Positions 8,636 through 18,440 of a DNA stretch of 64,000 bases are shown one piece after another. The translations under genes were made by a program, and so were the position numbers. Every line of letters begins with the position of its first letter. Position 1 is the first letter of the stretch. This DNA comes from Candidatus Latescibacterota bacterium (GTDB taxonomy: Bacteria; Latescibacterota; UBA2968; GCA-2709665): positions 3,200,001-3,264,000 of the forward strand of contig CBDCOX010000002.1 of the NCBI GenBank assembly GCA_965219995.1. The letters are read 5' to 3'. The notes below the pieces were generated by a model that saw only the letters and a program-made list of their open reading frames with translations, searched no databases and was not told the DNA's origin.

Positions 8636-9599
8636 CCATCGGTCCCATCGCCCGGATGTGCTCCGGGCCGGTCGCGCAGCAGCCGCCGATGATCCGCGCG
8701 CCCGCGTCCTTCCACTCGCCGGCGTACGCGGCAAGCCGATCGGGTGTGTTGTCGCCCCACTGCAGGACTTCGGCCGTCTCATCCGGCGATTCCGAGTCTT
8801 CCGCGGATTCCAGGGGCGCGAGCGGACGATACCCGATATTCGGATACGCGCCCACGCAGCCGTCGAAGGCCTCCCTGAGGAGCGGAAGTCCGGCCGAAAC
8901 CTCTTCCGGCGCCGTGCACATAATCAGGACCCCGGTGACACCGCGGCCCGCCAGCGCCTCGGCGAGGTCCTCGAGGCGTTCCCCGTATTGCATGGTCCCG
9001 TCTTCCCGGATATGCCGGATGCCCAGAAACACCGGCAGGCCTGTCCAGGCGCAAGCGTCCGCGGCCCCCACGCAGTCAGCGATATGCCCGATGTACTCCA
9101 CCCAGATCGCGTCTACGCCGACATCAGCCAGCAGCCTGGCATGGTCGCCGATCTCCTTCCGGTACGCCTCGACACCCATGATGTCCACGTCGGGCGGGGT
9201 TCCCTCGGCGCGCCGCTGAAGACACGGCGCCGCGATTCCGCCGGCGACAAACGCATCCGGCTTGACCGCGTCGCGCGCGGCGATCGCGTTCTCCCCTGCC
9301 GCGCGGGCGTATGCCTGCCACCGGTCCCCCAGTCCGATGGGCGTCATTCGTGCAGGACTCGTCCAGAAGTTGTTGCTGATGATGATGTCGGCGCCGGCAC
9401 GGAGGTAGTCCGCGTGGACCTCCCTGACCGCCTCCGGCGCGTCGATATTGGCGGTGGCGGACCAGGCCTGGAGCCCACCCTCGGCCGTGGCGCCTTGCAA
9501 CACGTCGACGCCTCGCCGTTGCAACTCGGACCCTGTCCCGCCATCCAGGAGAAGCGTCTCCCCGCTCTCGATCCGATCCGCAAAATGCTTTGAAGACAT
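8601..9599 (-). CDS. Homocysteine S-methyltransferase family protein
   Basis: LLLDGGTGSEL, HADYLRAGADII, IMC and IIGGCC zinc ligands, GAYPN. Confidence 0.92.
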   Translation of the reverse strand: MSSKHFADRIESGETLLLDGGTGSELQRRGVDVLQGATAEGGLQAWSATANIDAPEAVREVHADYLRAGADIIISNNFWTSPARMTPIGLGDRWQAYARAAGENAIAARDAVKPDAFVAGGIAAPCLQRRAEGTPPDVDIMGVEAYRKEIGDHARLLADVGVDAIWVEYIGHIADCVGAADACAWTGLPVFLGIRHIREDGTMQYGERLEDLAEALAGRGVTGVLIMCTAPEEVSAGLPLLREAFDGCVGAYPNIGYRPLAPLESAEDSESPDETAEVLQWGDNTPDRLAAYAGEWKDAGARIIGGCCATGPEHIRAMGPMVKGGERVDVRR

Positions 9600-9617
9600 C
9601 CTTTTCTCCTTTATTCA

Positions 9618-9925
9618 AATCAGCAAGCAGCTAAAGGCGGGTAGACGTGAGACGTGAGACGGGAGATGACATGAGTGCCCTACGGTTTTTCTCGTCGTTA
9701 CCATAGTCGGTAAAGAAACAGGCACGGTTAGCGTGAAAACACTGTGGTAACGTGATCATCTACCGTCTACCCTCTTACGTCTCACCGAATTTACGCAGAC
9801 CTCTCCCCCCGGCCCCCTCTCCCGGCGGGAGAGGGGGTGAGAACCAGGACACCGCGAGCGGATCACAATTCCCCCCTTCCCCCCGGGAAGGGGGAAAGGG
9901 GGTAGGTCGGCGGGGAGAGGGGTAC
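9618..9925. repeat. Heptamer-arm element (core II) plus GC-rich double-hairpin unit
   Basis: Core matches 7437-7520; hairpin unit matches 7280-7395. Confidence 0.88.
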
Positions 9926-9926
9926 G

Positions 9927-11186
9927 TCACGATGATCGTAATTCGGAATCCGGCAGCGTGAACCTGATTCGATCGAACCGCCGGGCCATGGCCGTCGCGC
10001 GGTCCCGGGCGCCGTCCGGATCCCGTTCGCTGAGCACGTCCAGAATACAGCCGGCGATTTCGGGGGCGTCTGCCTCCGTCATGCCGTATCGGGTCACTTC
10101 CTGCACGCCGATGCGCAGACCGTGCCTTCCCAGGCCCTCCGGCGCGCCGGAAGCATTGACGAGAATATGGCACGCTTCCAGCTTCCTGACCAGCGGCCCG
10201 CTTTCGCCGAACGCATCCACAACCGGAATCACCGTGTGCGATTCCGTATAGCCCCGGTGGGCGCCCACCACCGGCACGCCCTGTTCGTGGAAGGCACGGC
10301 CCAGCGCTTTGGCATTGCCGACGATCGCCTCCGCATGCGCCTCCCCGCACGCCATCCACTCCAGGAACGTCCCCGCGAGGGACGGCAGTCGGCTCAGGTG
10401 ATGGTTGGCGATCATCAGCGGGGATATGGCTTTCGCGATCCGCTCGGCGACGTCGCGGTCGTTGGTCAGGACCATCCCCCCCTGCGGCCCGGCCAGCGTT
10501 TTGTGCGTGCTCGTCACAATAACGTCCGCGCCTTCCGCCAGGGGAGACTGAAACCGCCCGCCCGCAATCAGACCCATCACGTGGGCCGCGTCGTAAACGA
10601 GGAACGAACCGGGACAATAGCGGTCCATCGCCTCCCTCAGCTCCCGGACGGGCTGCGGAAAGAGGAACCGGGCCGATCCGATGCTCACAAGCGCGGGACG
10701 GTGCTCGCGGATCAGCGAAACCGTGCGGTCCAGGTCGATATTGGAATTCAACCCGTCCCACGGGATCGGAATCGACTTCAGGTCCACCTTCAAGCCGGAG
10801 TTTTCCAGCTTCGCGGCATACATGTGCCCGTTGTGCACCTCGAGCACGGTTTCTCCCGGACGGGCAAGCGCGAACATGGCGATCAGACCGGCGATATTTC
10901 CGGAAAGGGGTCGCAGGTCCGCGTACGCCGCTCCGAAGAGCTGTTTCGCCAGGTCCTGGGCCAGCTCCTCGATCTGCGTCAGGAACGCATTCCCCGGGTA
11001 CCCCCGGTTTCGCAGATCGATCCCGGTATACGAGCCGTACCTGTGGTCCAGATCGTTCACGATCAGCCGCTCCACCAGGGGGCTCGGCCGGGTCTCCGAC
11101 GCAATCAGGTTCAGACATCGTTCCCGAAACGTCGTATGCGCTTCGACCAGGGCGTCGATTTCCCGGACCTTGCGGGCGAAATCCAT
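9927..11186 (-). CDS. SHMT-like fold-type I PLP enzyme (divergent serine hydroxymethyltransferase or aldolase)
   Basis: LNLIASE, YDAAHVMGLIAGG, TSTHKTLAGPQGG (PLP Lys), GLRIGVQEVTRYGM. Confidence 0.85.
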   Translation of the reverse strand: MDFARKVREIDALVEAHTTFRERCLNLIASETRPSPLVERLIVNDLDHRYGSYTGIDLRNRGYPGNAFLTQIEELAQDLAKQLFGAAYADLRPLSGNIAGLIAMFALARPGETVLEVHNGHMYAAKLENSGLKVDLKSIPIPWDGLNSNIDLDRTVSLIREHRPALVSIGSARFLFPQPVRELREAMDRYCPGSFLVYDAAHVMGLIAGGRFQSPLAEGADVIVTSTHKTLAGPQGGMVLTNDRDVAERIAKAISPLMIANHHLSRLPSLAGTFLEWMACGEAHAEAIVGNAKALGRAFHEQGVPVVGAHRGYTESHTVIPVVDAFGESGPLVRKLEACHILVNASGAPEGLGRHGLRIGVQEVTRYGMTEADAPEIAGCILDVLSERDPDGARDRATAMARRFDRIRFTLPDSELRSS

Positions 11187-11235
11187 AGGAATTTCCCTTC
11201 AGTGTTCCGTTAACCTGGATAGCTTTTAAACATGA

Positions 11236-11440
11236 ACTTACATGGATGGACAGGATGAACAGGATAAAATCCCAATGCCAGAAAAAAAACCCGCATCTTT
11301 CCGCGCTATCGCAGTGAACCCGTCACCCGCAGGCGGCGCCCCAACACCCCGACCGACCCGATCCGACAACATTACCGATTGGTGTTGTCTTCGACGTGAA
11401 TGGCATTGAAAAGCGATCACCTGTTCAATGGTTGCATCCG
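11236..11440. repeat. Degenerate element with 9-mer (ACAGGATGA-like) repeat end
   Basis: ATGGATGGACAGGATGAACAGGAT at the left end; weak inverse ATCACCTGTTCA..GCATCC at the right; related 9-mer at 12775-12791. Confidence 0.4.
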
Positions 11441-11454
11441 CTTTTGTGAGTAAT

Positions 11455-12501
11455 TCACGTTATCGCATGGATCAGGTCGACCTCGTCATATAGCAACGCC
11501 CGCGCGAAAGCGCCCTGTCCCAGATAGTCGGGCGCATTCCACGCTCCGGGCGCGCAGTAACAGGCCGTCACCAGCCGCTCTCCCAGCCTCACGGTCGAAG
11601 GATACCCCAGGTCGCTGTCGCCCAGATCGTCACATACGATCATCGGACCGCTCCAGCGCCGCCCCCCGTCTTTGCTCACCCGTGCCTGCACGCCGAAAGG
11701 GTCGTGGCGCACGCCGTAGACCATCAGGATCCAGTCGTTGGACAGCAGCGTGAGGTCGGCCGGGTGTTCCCGTCCGCCTGTCACCTCCAGCGGAGCGTCC
11801 CATGTGTCTCCTCCGTCCGTGGATCGGCACACCGAAATCAGGCCCCCCTCGTGGACCGAACGCATTGCGGCAACCAGAACGCCGTCGCCGGTCGAAAGCA
11901 GCGCCGTTTCATTGTATCCATCGGCGATAAGCGATGGGCGGTCCCACGTCCTGCCGTTGTCGTCGGAACGCAGAATATACGCGCAATCGCCCGCGTCATC
12001 TCCGGAAGGGCTATCGGAGCCGTAAAGGGGCAGCAGCATCGTACCGCCCGGCAGGGCGACGTTCCTCCCGAACGGGGAGTGCTTCTCCATCCCCGGGAAG
12101 TCGAGGGGTTCGGATTTCTGCCAGGTTCTTCCTCCGTCGCGGGAGCGGGTCTGGCGCATCTGGACCCGGCGCAATTGCGGCATCCAGCTTCCGTCTTCAC
12201 CATAGGACCCCTGTACGTGGTACGCCAGCACGACCGTACCGTCGGGCGCCACCCCCACCGCCGGATTCCGGTCGTCCGCACCGGAGTCGACGATCACGAC
12301 CGGCGCCTCCCACGTCCGCCCGCCGTCCACCGAGCGAATCGCTTCCAGGCGGCCGGTAACGCCCACGTGACCCGCGCCTGCGCGCACCACGGCCAGGATT
12401 TCGTCGCCCCCGACGCTGGTGAGTACCGGAAAGTAGCCCCGGTCCCGGCAGATGATCACCTCGGATGCCGAAGGAAACCTGCGAAAATCAATCCTGTTCA
12501 T
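11455..12501 (-). CDS. BNR/Asp-box sialidase-like beta-propeller protein
   Basis: Five S.DGG.TW-type Asp boxes, GYFP, DLGYPS; ATG 12501 with GGAGG. Confidence 0.88.
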   Translation of the reverse strand: MNRIDFRRFPSASEVIICRDRGYFPVLTSVGGDEILAVVRAGAGHVGVTGRLEAIRSVDGGRTWEAPVVIVDSGADDRNPAVGVAPDGTVVLAYHVQGSYGEDGSWMPQLRRVQMRQTRSRDGGRTWQKSEPLDFPGMEKHSPFGRNVALPGGTMLLPLYGSDSPSGDDAGDCAYILRSDDNGRTWDRPSLIADGYNETALLSTGDGVLVAAMRSVHEGGLISVCRSTDGGDTWDAPLEVTGGREHPADLTLLSNDWILMVYGVRHDPFGVQARVSKDGGRRWSGPMIVCDDLGDSDLGYPSTVRLGERLVTACYCAPGAWNAPDYLGQGAFARALLYDEVDLIHAIT

Positions 12502-12513
12502 GGCGAAACCTCC

Positions 12514-13340
12514 AAAGGCGGTGAGACGGGAGATGATGATGAGAACGAAAATCATCTCACACGGAGACACAAAGACACGAAGAAAACCAAAGGGTAAGGA
12601 CAACTTTCAGCGGTCAGTGATCAGCGGTCAGCTTGAATCAAAAAGCGAGAATCAAGTTCAAAACCCCTTTTCCCCAAATTCCCTGCCTCCGGCGGGTTCC
12701 TTTTGAAGCGACCAAAAGGAACCAAAAGTCGCCACTGGGCGTGGGGCCTGCCACAGGCACAGCGCGAACACACTCACAGGATGCACAGGATCCGCTGCCC
12801 TGACACCCTCGGAGGAATATCGGTCCCCGCCGCTGGACGGAACCGCGCGCTCTGCTCTGGTAGTCCTCCTGTCAGGAAGTACCTTTGTAGACCGATTGGC
12901 GTCTGGATGATGAGGGCAGCTTTTGGCAGTCAGCTCTCAGCAATCAGCTTGAATCAAAAGCGCCCTCACCCCCCCCGACCCCCTCTCCCAAGGGGAGAGG
13001 GGGAGCAGAGAGAAATGTCTTCACGCGATCACACTTCCCCCTTCCTTCGGGAAGGGGAAAGGCAGTAGGTTGGTGGGGGTGTTGGGGGGTCTGTAAACGC
13101 TCCAGCGCGCAGGAACATCGCCGTACGGTTCTTTGTAAGTTCCTATCATGCGAACGGTGGTGGTGTGGAGGGTTTTTCCGTGCTAATCCGTCCGGCAACA
13201 TGGTTTGGGATGGGCGAGTCCGGTGACAGGGCACCCAAATTCCAATTGCGCCACTGAGGTGGTTCACGGAAAAACCGGCCCCGCGCCGAGCGGCGCCGTT
13301 CTTTTTGGTCCTTTTTCTTGGGCGTACAAGAAAAAGGACT
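12514..13340. repeat. Non-coding repeat mosaic: short heptamer arm, ACACAAAG octamers, TCAGC heptamers, GC double hairpin and two inverted T/A-rich hairpin ends
   Basis: Hairpins 12695-12723 and 13308-13339; 12-bp inverted repeat 13171-13182/13265-13276; no credible ORF. Confidence 0.7.
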
Positions 13341-13437
13341 TAAGTAAAATAGAAATAATAATTTGAGACCGAAAAAAAGACCTCGCAGGCCCCGAGCGAA
13401 AAATCTCGTCGGCGTTATCCGCATGTTTATGGTGATA

Positions 13438-16400
13438 TCAAAGGTTCCAGACATCAGCTATCCGCCAGGTGTCCCCCGGTGCGACGTCGTAGATGTAGAA
13501 GGGTTTTCCCGAAAAGGCCTCCGCGTGGCCGGGATCGGCGAGCGTGAGCTTTCCCTTCTCGGCGGCCTTCAATCGGGTTCCGGTCTGTCCCGGCGTACGC
13601 GAGATCGTCTTTCCGTCGAACAGGTCCCGCACGACCTCGAGCTTCAGCATGGGCGTATCCGTCAGCAACGTTGCGCCGTCCACCCCGGTGATACTCCCCT
13701 CGCTCAGCAGAAAGTCCATCCTGTCCAGGGAGATCCGGTACCGGCCCTCGCCAGCTTGCACTATGTCCGTGACCTCGTATGACGAATTGCAGATGTAGTC
13801 CGGATGCGAGAGCACGATTGTCCGCTCCGTCAATGAACCGTCCACCGGCAGGGGGACGCGGGACGAGACGACGATCCGGCGGTCCTCGATCTCCACGGCA
13901 TCCACCTCCCCCGCCCATTCTCCCGCACCCTCCATCCCGACGTCTCCGAACCGGAACGCCTTTCCATTCACCACCTGCGCCCGCGTGATGGAATCGCCAT
14001 CCCGCTCCACAAACGCCCAGTCGCCCTCGAATCGAAACGGCAGGCCGTCCGCCTCGCCTGCCGCCACGCCACCCGTTCCGTGTACGATATAGTGGACCCG
14101 TTCGCCGATCGCCACCCTCAAGCCCACGTCCCTGCCGCCGGCACGAAGCGCCGACATGCCGTCAATATACGGCGTTCCGCAATACGGCTCGAGTACGCCC
14201 GTGAACCGGTTCTCCCTCCCTTCCCCGCCCGGTCGCCTTACGATCACGTGCCGGTCCCACGGACTGTGGCCCTGCAGTCCCGTCCCTTCTGCGAGCCCGG
14301 TAATGACCGTCGAGCCCGCCTCACCCGTCATGTGGAGCCGGATGCCGGCGCCGCTTTCTTCCGTTCGCCAGGTCGCCCTGAACCCGCCATCCGTCCGGGA
14401 CCTCGCCACGTCCTTCACGAACCCGTACCCGGGCGCCTCGCCGAACGGGACGTCCGCCCCTGCCAGCGTCCCGTCCGCCTGCGCGATCGGAGCCGCGCCG
14501 TCCTCCAGGGCGATCTCGAACCGTTCCGCGTTGTCTCCCGCCCAGCTGTGGAAGGTGTAATCGTGCTCCGCGCCACCCGCAATCCGGAACAGATCGACCA
14601 TATATGCCCGCTCTTCGTCCACCGGAATGAGCGCCACCGCCCTGCGGTACAGGTCCGCGAGACCGGGATAGGCCCGCTCGGCCGAGGCATCCGCCACGCG
14701 CACCCACGGTCCGTCCGCGAACAGATTCAGGCTGCCCGTTGCGAACGCCTGGTTCCGGCCGTCGATCAGCGCGGTGCAGTGGCTGGCCGTATGGGTTTCC
14801 CATCCGTCCTTCTTCGGCGCCACCCAGCTCGGCGGATATCCCAGGTCGGCGGACAGATCGTACCCGTACGCGATCAGATTCACCGCCAGTTTGTCCATAT
14901 GCCCGTGACCCCGGTTTCCCTTCCCGTAGTTCAGGACCACGTGCCGGCGGCTGGATTGTTCATCGCCCGCGCGCAGGATGCAGAATCCCGAGTCGTGCAG
15001 CACGTCGCTCCCGGGCGACAGATCTTCCGGCGCCCGGGCTTCGCTCCACGGTTCGCAATGGAACAACGTGTAGAGGTCGCCGCCCCTGCGCGCTGCGTCC
15101 GGATCTCCGCCGGTGCCCGAGAGGATTCGCCGGGCATAATGGTCGCGCGCCTCGGGCAGACGCAGGTAGCCGATCTCGTCCTCCAGCGAATAGGGCGTCC
15201 GCAACACGCTGCTCCTGCCCCCGCCCGTATCCCCGATCAGGGGGACGCGCCCGTCGCAGTCCACCGCGCGGGCGAAGTCCATCATCTCCCGCAGCCGGAA
15301 CCCGGGATCCCGATACAGGTCTACCGGCGGCGCAGCGTGCTCTCCGTCCTGAAATCCGAGGGTCCATTCGGCGGCATTCAGCGCCCCCCGTATGTTGCCC
15401 GCGCCGTAGCCGATCGAGTCGTACCAGAATTTCCCGTCCCGGAAAAAACTGTTGGACATCACGTTGTAGAGGCCCGTCGGCGCTTCCAGGGCCTGTCTGA
15501 TCATCGCGCCGTTCTGCAGGCAGGCCCCAACCTCGAGTAACGCGTAGAGCGACGACGTCAGGAAATCGCCGCCGGCGAGGGGCAGCGTGCGGTCCAGGAA
15601 TTCATAGGCGTACGCGAACAGGTTCCGGTGGATATTAAATATGATATCTCCTGTTGTCGCCGGTCCGTCCGCGCCGTCGCGCGTCCGGAAGAGTCCGACG
15701 AGTTCCTCATCCTCGCGAATCGCGTCGAAGACCAGATCGTACGTCACCGCCACGTTATGCAGGAAGGACTGCTCGCGCCCCGACGCCTCGCCCACGTACC
15801 CGCGGATCGGGTCCTTGCTCCGGTCGTAGGCCTCGTATCCCTCCTTGATGCCCCGCAACCTCCCGTACACGTCGGCCAGACGGTTCAACAGGATTCCGGC
15901 CTTGTGCGAATACTTCCGTTCGCCCGTAAATGCGTATGCCAGCGCCAGCGCCTGCGAGGCCGGCCGCCCCTGGTGCCCGTCCCCGGTCTGCGGGGCATAG
16001 GGACTGGAAAACAGGCGGTAGAGCAGATAGCACCGGTACGCCCCGGTGAAATAGTACGTGACGCCGGCGTTCGGAAACCCTTCGGGGGCCACCCACCCCG
16101 GCCCGTCATCCACCATCCGGACCGTCTCGCCCGTGCCCGGATTGACGATCTCGATGCCCTTGTACCACCACTCGTCCCCCAGATTGCACCGCCACTGGTA
16201 TGGATGCAGAAGATCCGCCTCGAACGTGGACCGGTTGCCGCCGTGAATCGGACACCCGTCGTACTGGGCCACGGTCAGCGCCATCGGATTCTGCGTGGGC
16301 GCCATCGCATAGAGCGTCTCATCCGAGAATCCCGCCCAGAAGTCGGCGTCCCTCAAGACCTCGTCCACCATATCCCGCGCCCAATCCAGTCGATCCGCGT

Positions 16401-16614
16401 TCCTCCTCGCACGGTCGAGGTCCTCCCGGTTGTAGATCCCGACCAGCCCCTGTCGCTTTCCGGCGCCGATCACCTCCGTGTGGAATCCCGCCGCGCGCGT
16501 GTACCGGTCCGGTTCGTGGTCCGGGAGCGACTCCTGGAGATGCAGACTTTCGTAAAGCGCCCGCAACGCCGCTTCATCCTCGACGACCTCGCCTTTCACA
16601 GGCATTCTGGCCAT
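13438..16614 (-). CDS. Heparinase II/III-like protein (1058 aa)
   Basis: Helical N-terminal half; GHGHMDKL, DLGY, HTASHCTALIDGRNQ, YRRAVAL, VDLFRI motifs; GGAGG RBS. Confidence 0.82.
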   Translation of the reverse strand: MARMPVKGEVVEDEAALRALYESLHLQESLPDHEPDRYTRAAGFHTEVIGAGKRQGLVGIYNREDLDRARRNADRLDWARDMVDEVLRDADFWAGFSDETLYAMAPTQNPMALTVAQYDGCPIHGGNRSTFEADLLHPYQWRCNLGDEWWYKGIEIVNPGTGETVRMVDDGPGWVAPEGFPNAGVTYYFTGAYRCYLLYRLFSSPYAPQTGDGHQGRPASQALALAYAFTGERKYSHKAGILLNRLADVYGRLRGIKEGYEAYDRSKDPIRGYVGEASGREQSFLHNVAVTYDLVFDAIREDEELVGLFRTRDGADGPATTGDIIFNIHRNLFAYAYEFLDRTLPLAGGDFLTSSLYALLEVGACLQNGAMIRQALEAPTGLYNVMSNSFFRDGKFWYDSIGYGAGNIRGALNAAEWTLGFQDGEHAAPPVDLYRDPGFRLREMMDFARAVDCDGRVPLIGDTGGGRSSVLRTPYSLEDEIGYLRLPEARDHYARRILSGTGGDPDAARRGGDLYTLFHCEPWSEARAPEDLSPGSDVLHDSGFCILRAGDEQSSRRHVVLNYGKGNRGHGHMDKLAVNLIAYGYDLSADLGYPPSWVAPKKDGWETHTASHCTALIDGRNQAFATGSLNLFADGPWVRVADASAERAYPGLADLYRRAVALIPVDEERAYMVDLFRIAGGAEHDYTFHSWAGDNAERFEIALEDGAAPIAQADGTLAGADVPFGEAPGYGFVKDVARSRTDGGFRATWRTEESGAGIRLHMTGEAGSTVITGLAEGTGLQGHSPWDRHVIVRRPGGEGRENRFTGVLEPYCGTPYIDGMSALRAGGRDVGLRVAIGERVHYIVHGTGGVAAGEADGLPFRFEGDWAFVERDGDSITRAQVVNGKAFRFGDVGMEGAGEWAGEVDAVEIEDRRIVVSSRVPLPVDGSLTERTIVLSHPDYICNSSYEVTDIVQAGEGRYRISLDRMDFLLSEGSITGVDGATLLTDTPMLKLEVVRDLFDGKTISRTPGQTGTRLKAAEKGKLTLADPGHAEAFSGKPFYIYDVAPGDTWRIADVWNL

Positions 16615-16780
16615 GATCGCGCCTCCATTGTATTATCCGGGAAAACAGCGATCCGTAATGCGTCAATGTCCCCGGACTTGCATTTCGGATGGACTGAAAA
16701 AGTGCTTTAAGATCGAAGAACTTCCAGTTATTTTCGTACGCCGGAAGGGGGCTTCTACCCACGGTCGTCAAAAAGCAGCA

Positions 16781-17330
16781 ATTGGCTATCAGCGTACAGC
16801 GGCCGTCTTGAATCAAAGTCGAACATCAAATTCAAAATCCCCTTTTCCCCAAATTCCCTAAAAGCGGGGAGAAGGGAGACGTGAGACGGGAGATGATGTC
16901 ATCGCGTCGACCGGATATCATTATGGCCTGGCGAAGAGTATCATCGATGCGGACGGGACCACTACCCACAGCCCACCTCCCCGGGGTAGACGGGAGACGT
17001 TAGACGTGAGATGATGTCAGTGCCCTGAAGGCGGGGAGACGTTAGACGTAAGAGGGGAGAGGAGATGAGTGCCCTATGGTTTTTCAAGTCGTTACGATAG
17101 CGGAAAATTGGCAGGCACGGTTTTTGTGGAAACACTGCTGTAAATGTCTTCATCTACCGTCTACCCTCTTACGTCTCACCGCTTTTATTGCCCCGTGCGG
17201 TATCATCTCTTGCCAGAGGCATAAAGGCGCAAACAATCGAGCAACGACGTCATCTACCGTCTTGCGTCTCACGTCTCACCGCTTTTTCGGAACCTTTCCA
17301 GGAGGGAAAGGGGGAGACAACCAGGAGACC
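16781..17330. repeat. Array of TCAGC heptamers and heptamer-arm elements (cores III, II, I)
   Basis: Matches 12608-12685, 5964-6065, 7399-7549 and 8536-8634. Confidence 0.88.
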
Positions 17331-17339
17331 CTGTAGTCA

Positions 17340-18416
17340 ATGCATAGACCCTTGAAACTCGCGGTTGTGGGCGTGGGCCGAATCGGCGTATTCCACGCCA
17401 GGCACGTGCAGGAACTGGGCGAAGCCGACGGGACCTGCGAACTGTCCGCCGTGGTGGACCGCTACGGCAGCACCGCGGAGACGGTTGCCCGGGAACTCCA
17501 GGAAAGCCAGGCAGCTGAAATCCACGCCTTCAGGAACACGTCCGACCTGGCAGACGCGGGTCTGATCGACGCGGCCGTGGTGGCTTCCAGGACCGAGGAC
17601 CACGAAGCGGACGCGCGTACGCTGATCGACGCCGGCTGTCGCGTGATGCTGGAGAAACCGCTCGCCCACTCTGTCGAGTCCGCTTCCGACTTCGTCAGGT
17701 ATCTGTCGCACGATAATACGAAAAAGCAAGCGCTCATGCAGGCCTTTATGAGGCGCTTCGACGAACCGCTATGCCATGCGAAAGACCTTCTGGACGGGAA
17801 TACGATCGGCGCGCCGTTCAAGATCGTATCCGTCCTCGAAGACCCGCACCCTCCCCCGGTGGGCTACAACAGCCCCGGCATCCTGCCGGACATGGCCGTG
17901 CACAACATCGACGAAGCGATCTGGCTTCTTGGCGCGAATCCGGTGCGCGCCAGCGCCATGGGCGCCAACCTGCATAACTACAGAATCACGACCGTGAAGG
18001 AAGACTTCGACGACGCTTTTCTCCAGCTGGCCTTTCCTGACGACGTGATCGCGCAGATCCAGGTAAGCAGAAACCACGTGGCGGGGTATCGCAACGAAAC
18101 GTGGATCTACGGGCGGAGCGGCCTGATCCACGTGGGCCATTTCCAGGAAGATCCAAACCGGGTAACGGTGGAAGCGTACAACCGGGAGGGCGCCATCGAA
18201 AAGAAGGGCTTCCGGATGAGAGATTACGGCGGGGAAGTCCCCGTGTTCATCGAACGTTTCGGCCCGGCCTACAAGCGGGAACTCGCGCACTTTGTCGACC
18301 GGTGCCTGAGAGACGAGCCCTTCAGCGTGACCCAGGAGGCCGGCCTCCAGGCGATGCGTGTGGCCGACGCGGGAGTCCGTTCGCTGCGGGCCCCCACGAC
18401 GGCGGTAACCATTTAA
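17340..18416 (+). CDS. Gfo/Idh/MocA oxidoreductase (inositol dehydrogenase-like)
   Basis: GVGRIG Rossmann motif, LEKP, FMRRFD, DMAVHNID. Confidence 0.92.
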   Translation: MHRPLKLAVVGVGRIGVFHARHVQELGEADGTCELSAVVDRYGSTAETVARELQESQAAEIHAFRNTSDLADAGLIDAAVVASRTEDHEADARTLIDAGCRVMLEKPLAHSVESASDFVRYLSHDNTKKQALMQAFMRRFDEPLCHAKDLLDGNTIGAPFKIVSVLEDPHPPPVGYNSPGILPDMAVHNIDEAIWLLGANPVRASAMGANLHNYRITTVKEDFDDAFLQLAFPDDVIAQIQVSRNHVAGYRNETWIYGRSGLIHVGHFQEDPNRVTVEAYNREGAIEKKGFRMRDYGGEVPVFIERFGPAYKRELAHFVDRCLRDEPFSVTQEAGLQAMRVADAGVRSLRAPTTAVTI

Positions 18417-18440
18417 GCGAAACGCGAATCCGGCCATCCC

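Noticed and set aside
11190-11450. Glycine, THF or ZTP riboswitch upstream of the SHMT-like gene
   Set aside because: I could not find the conserved aptamer motifs by eye; the region looks like a decayed repeat. An Rfam scan would settle it
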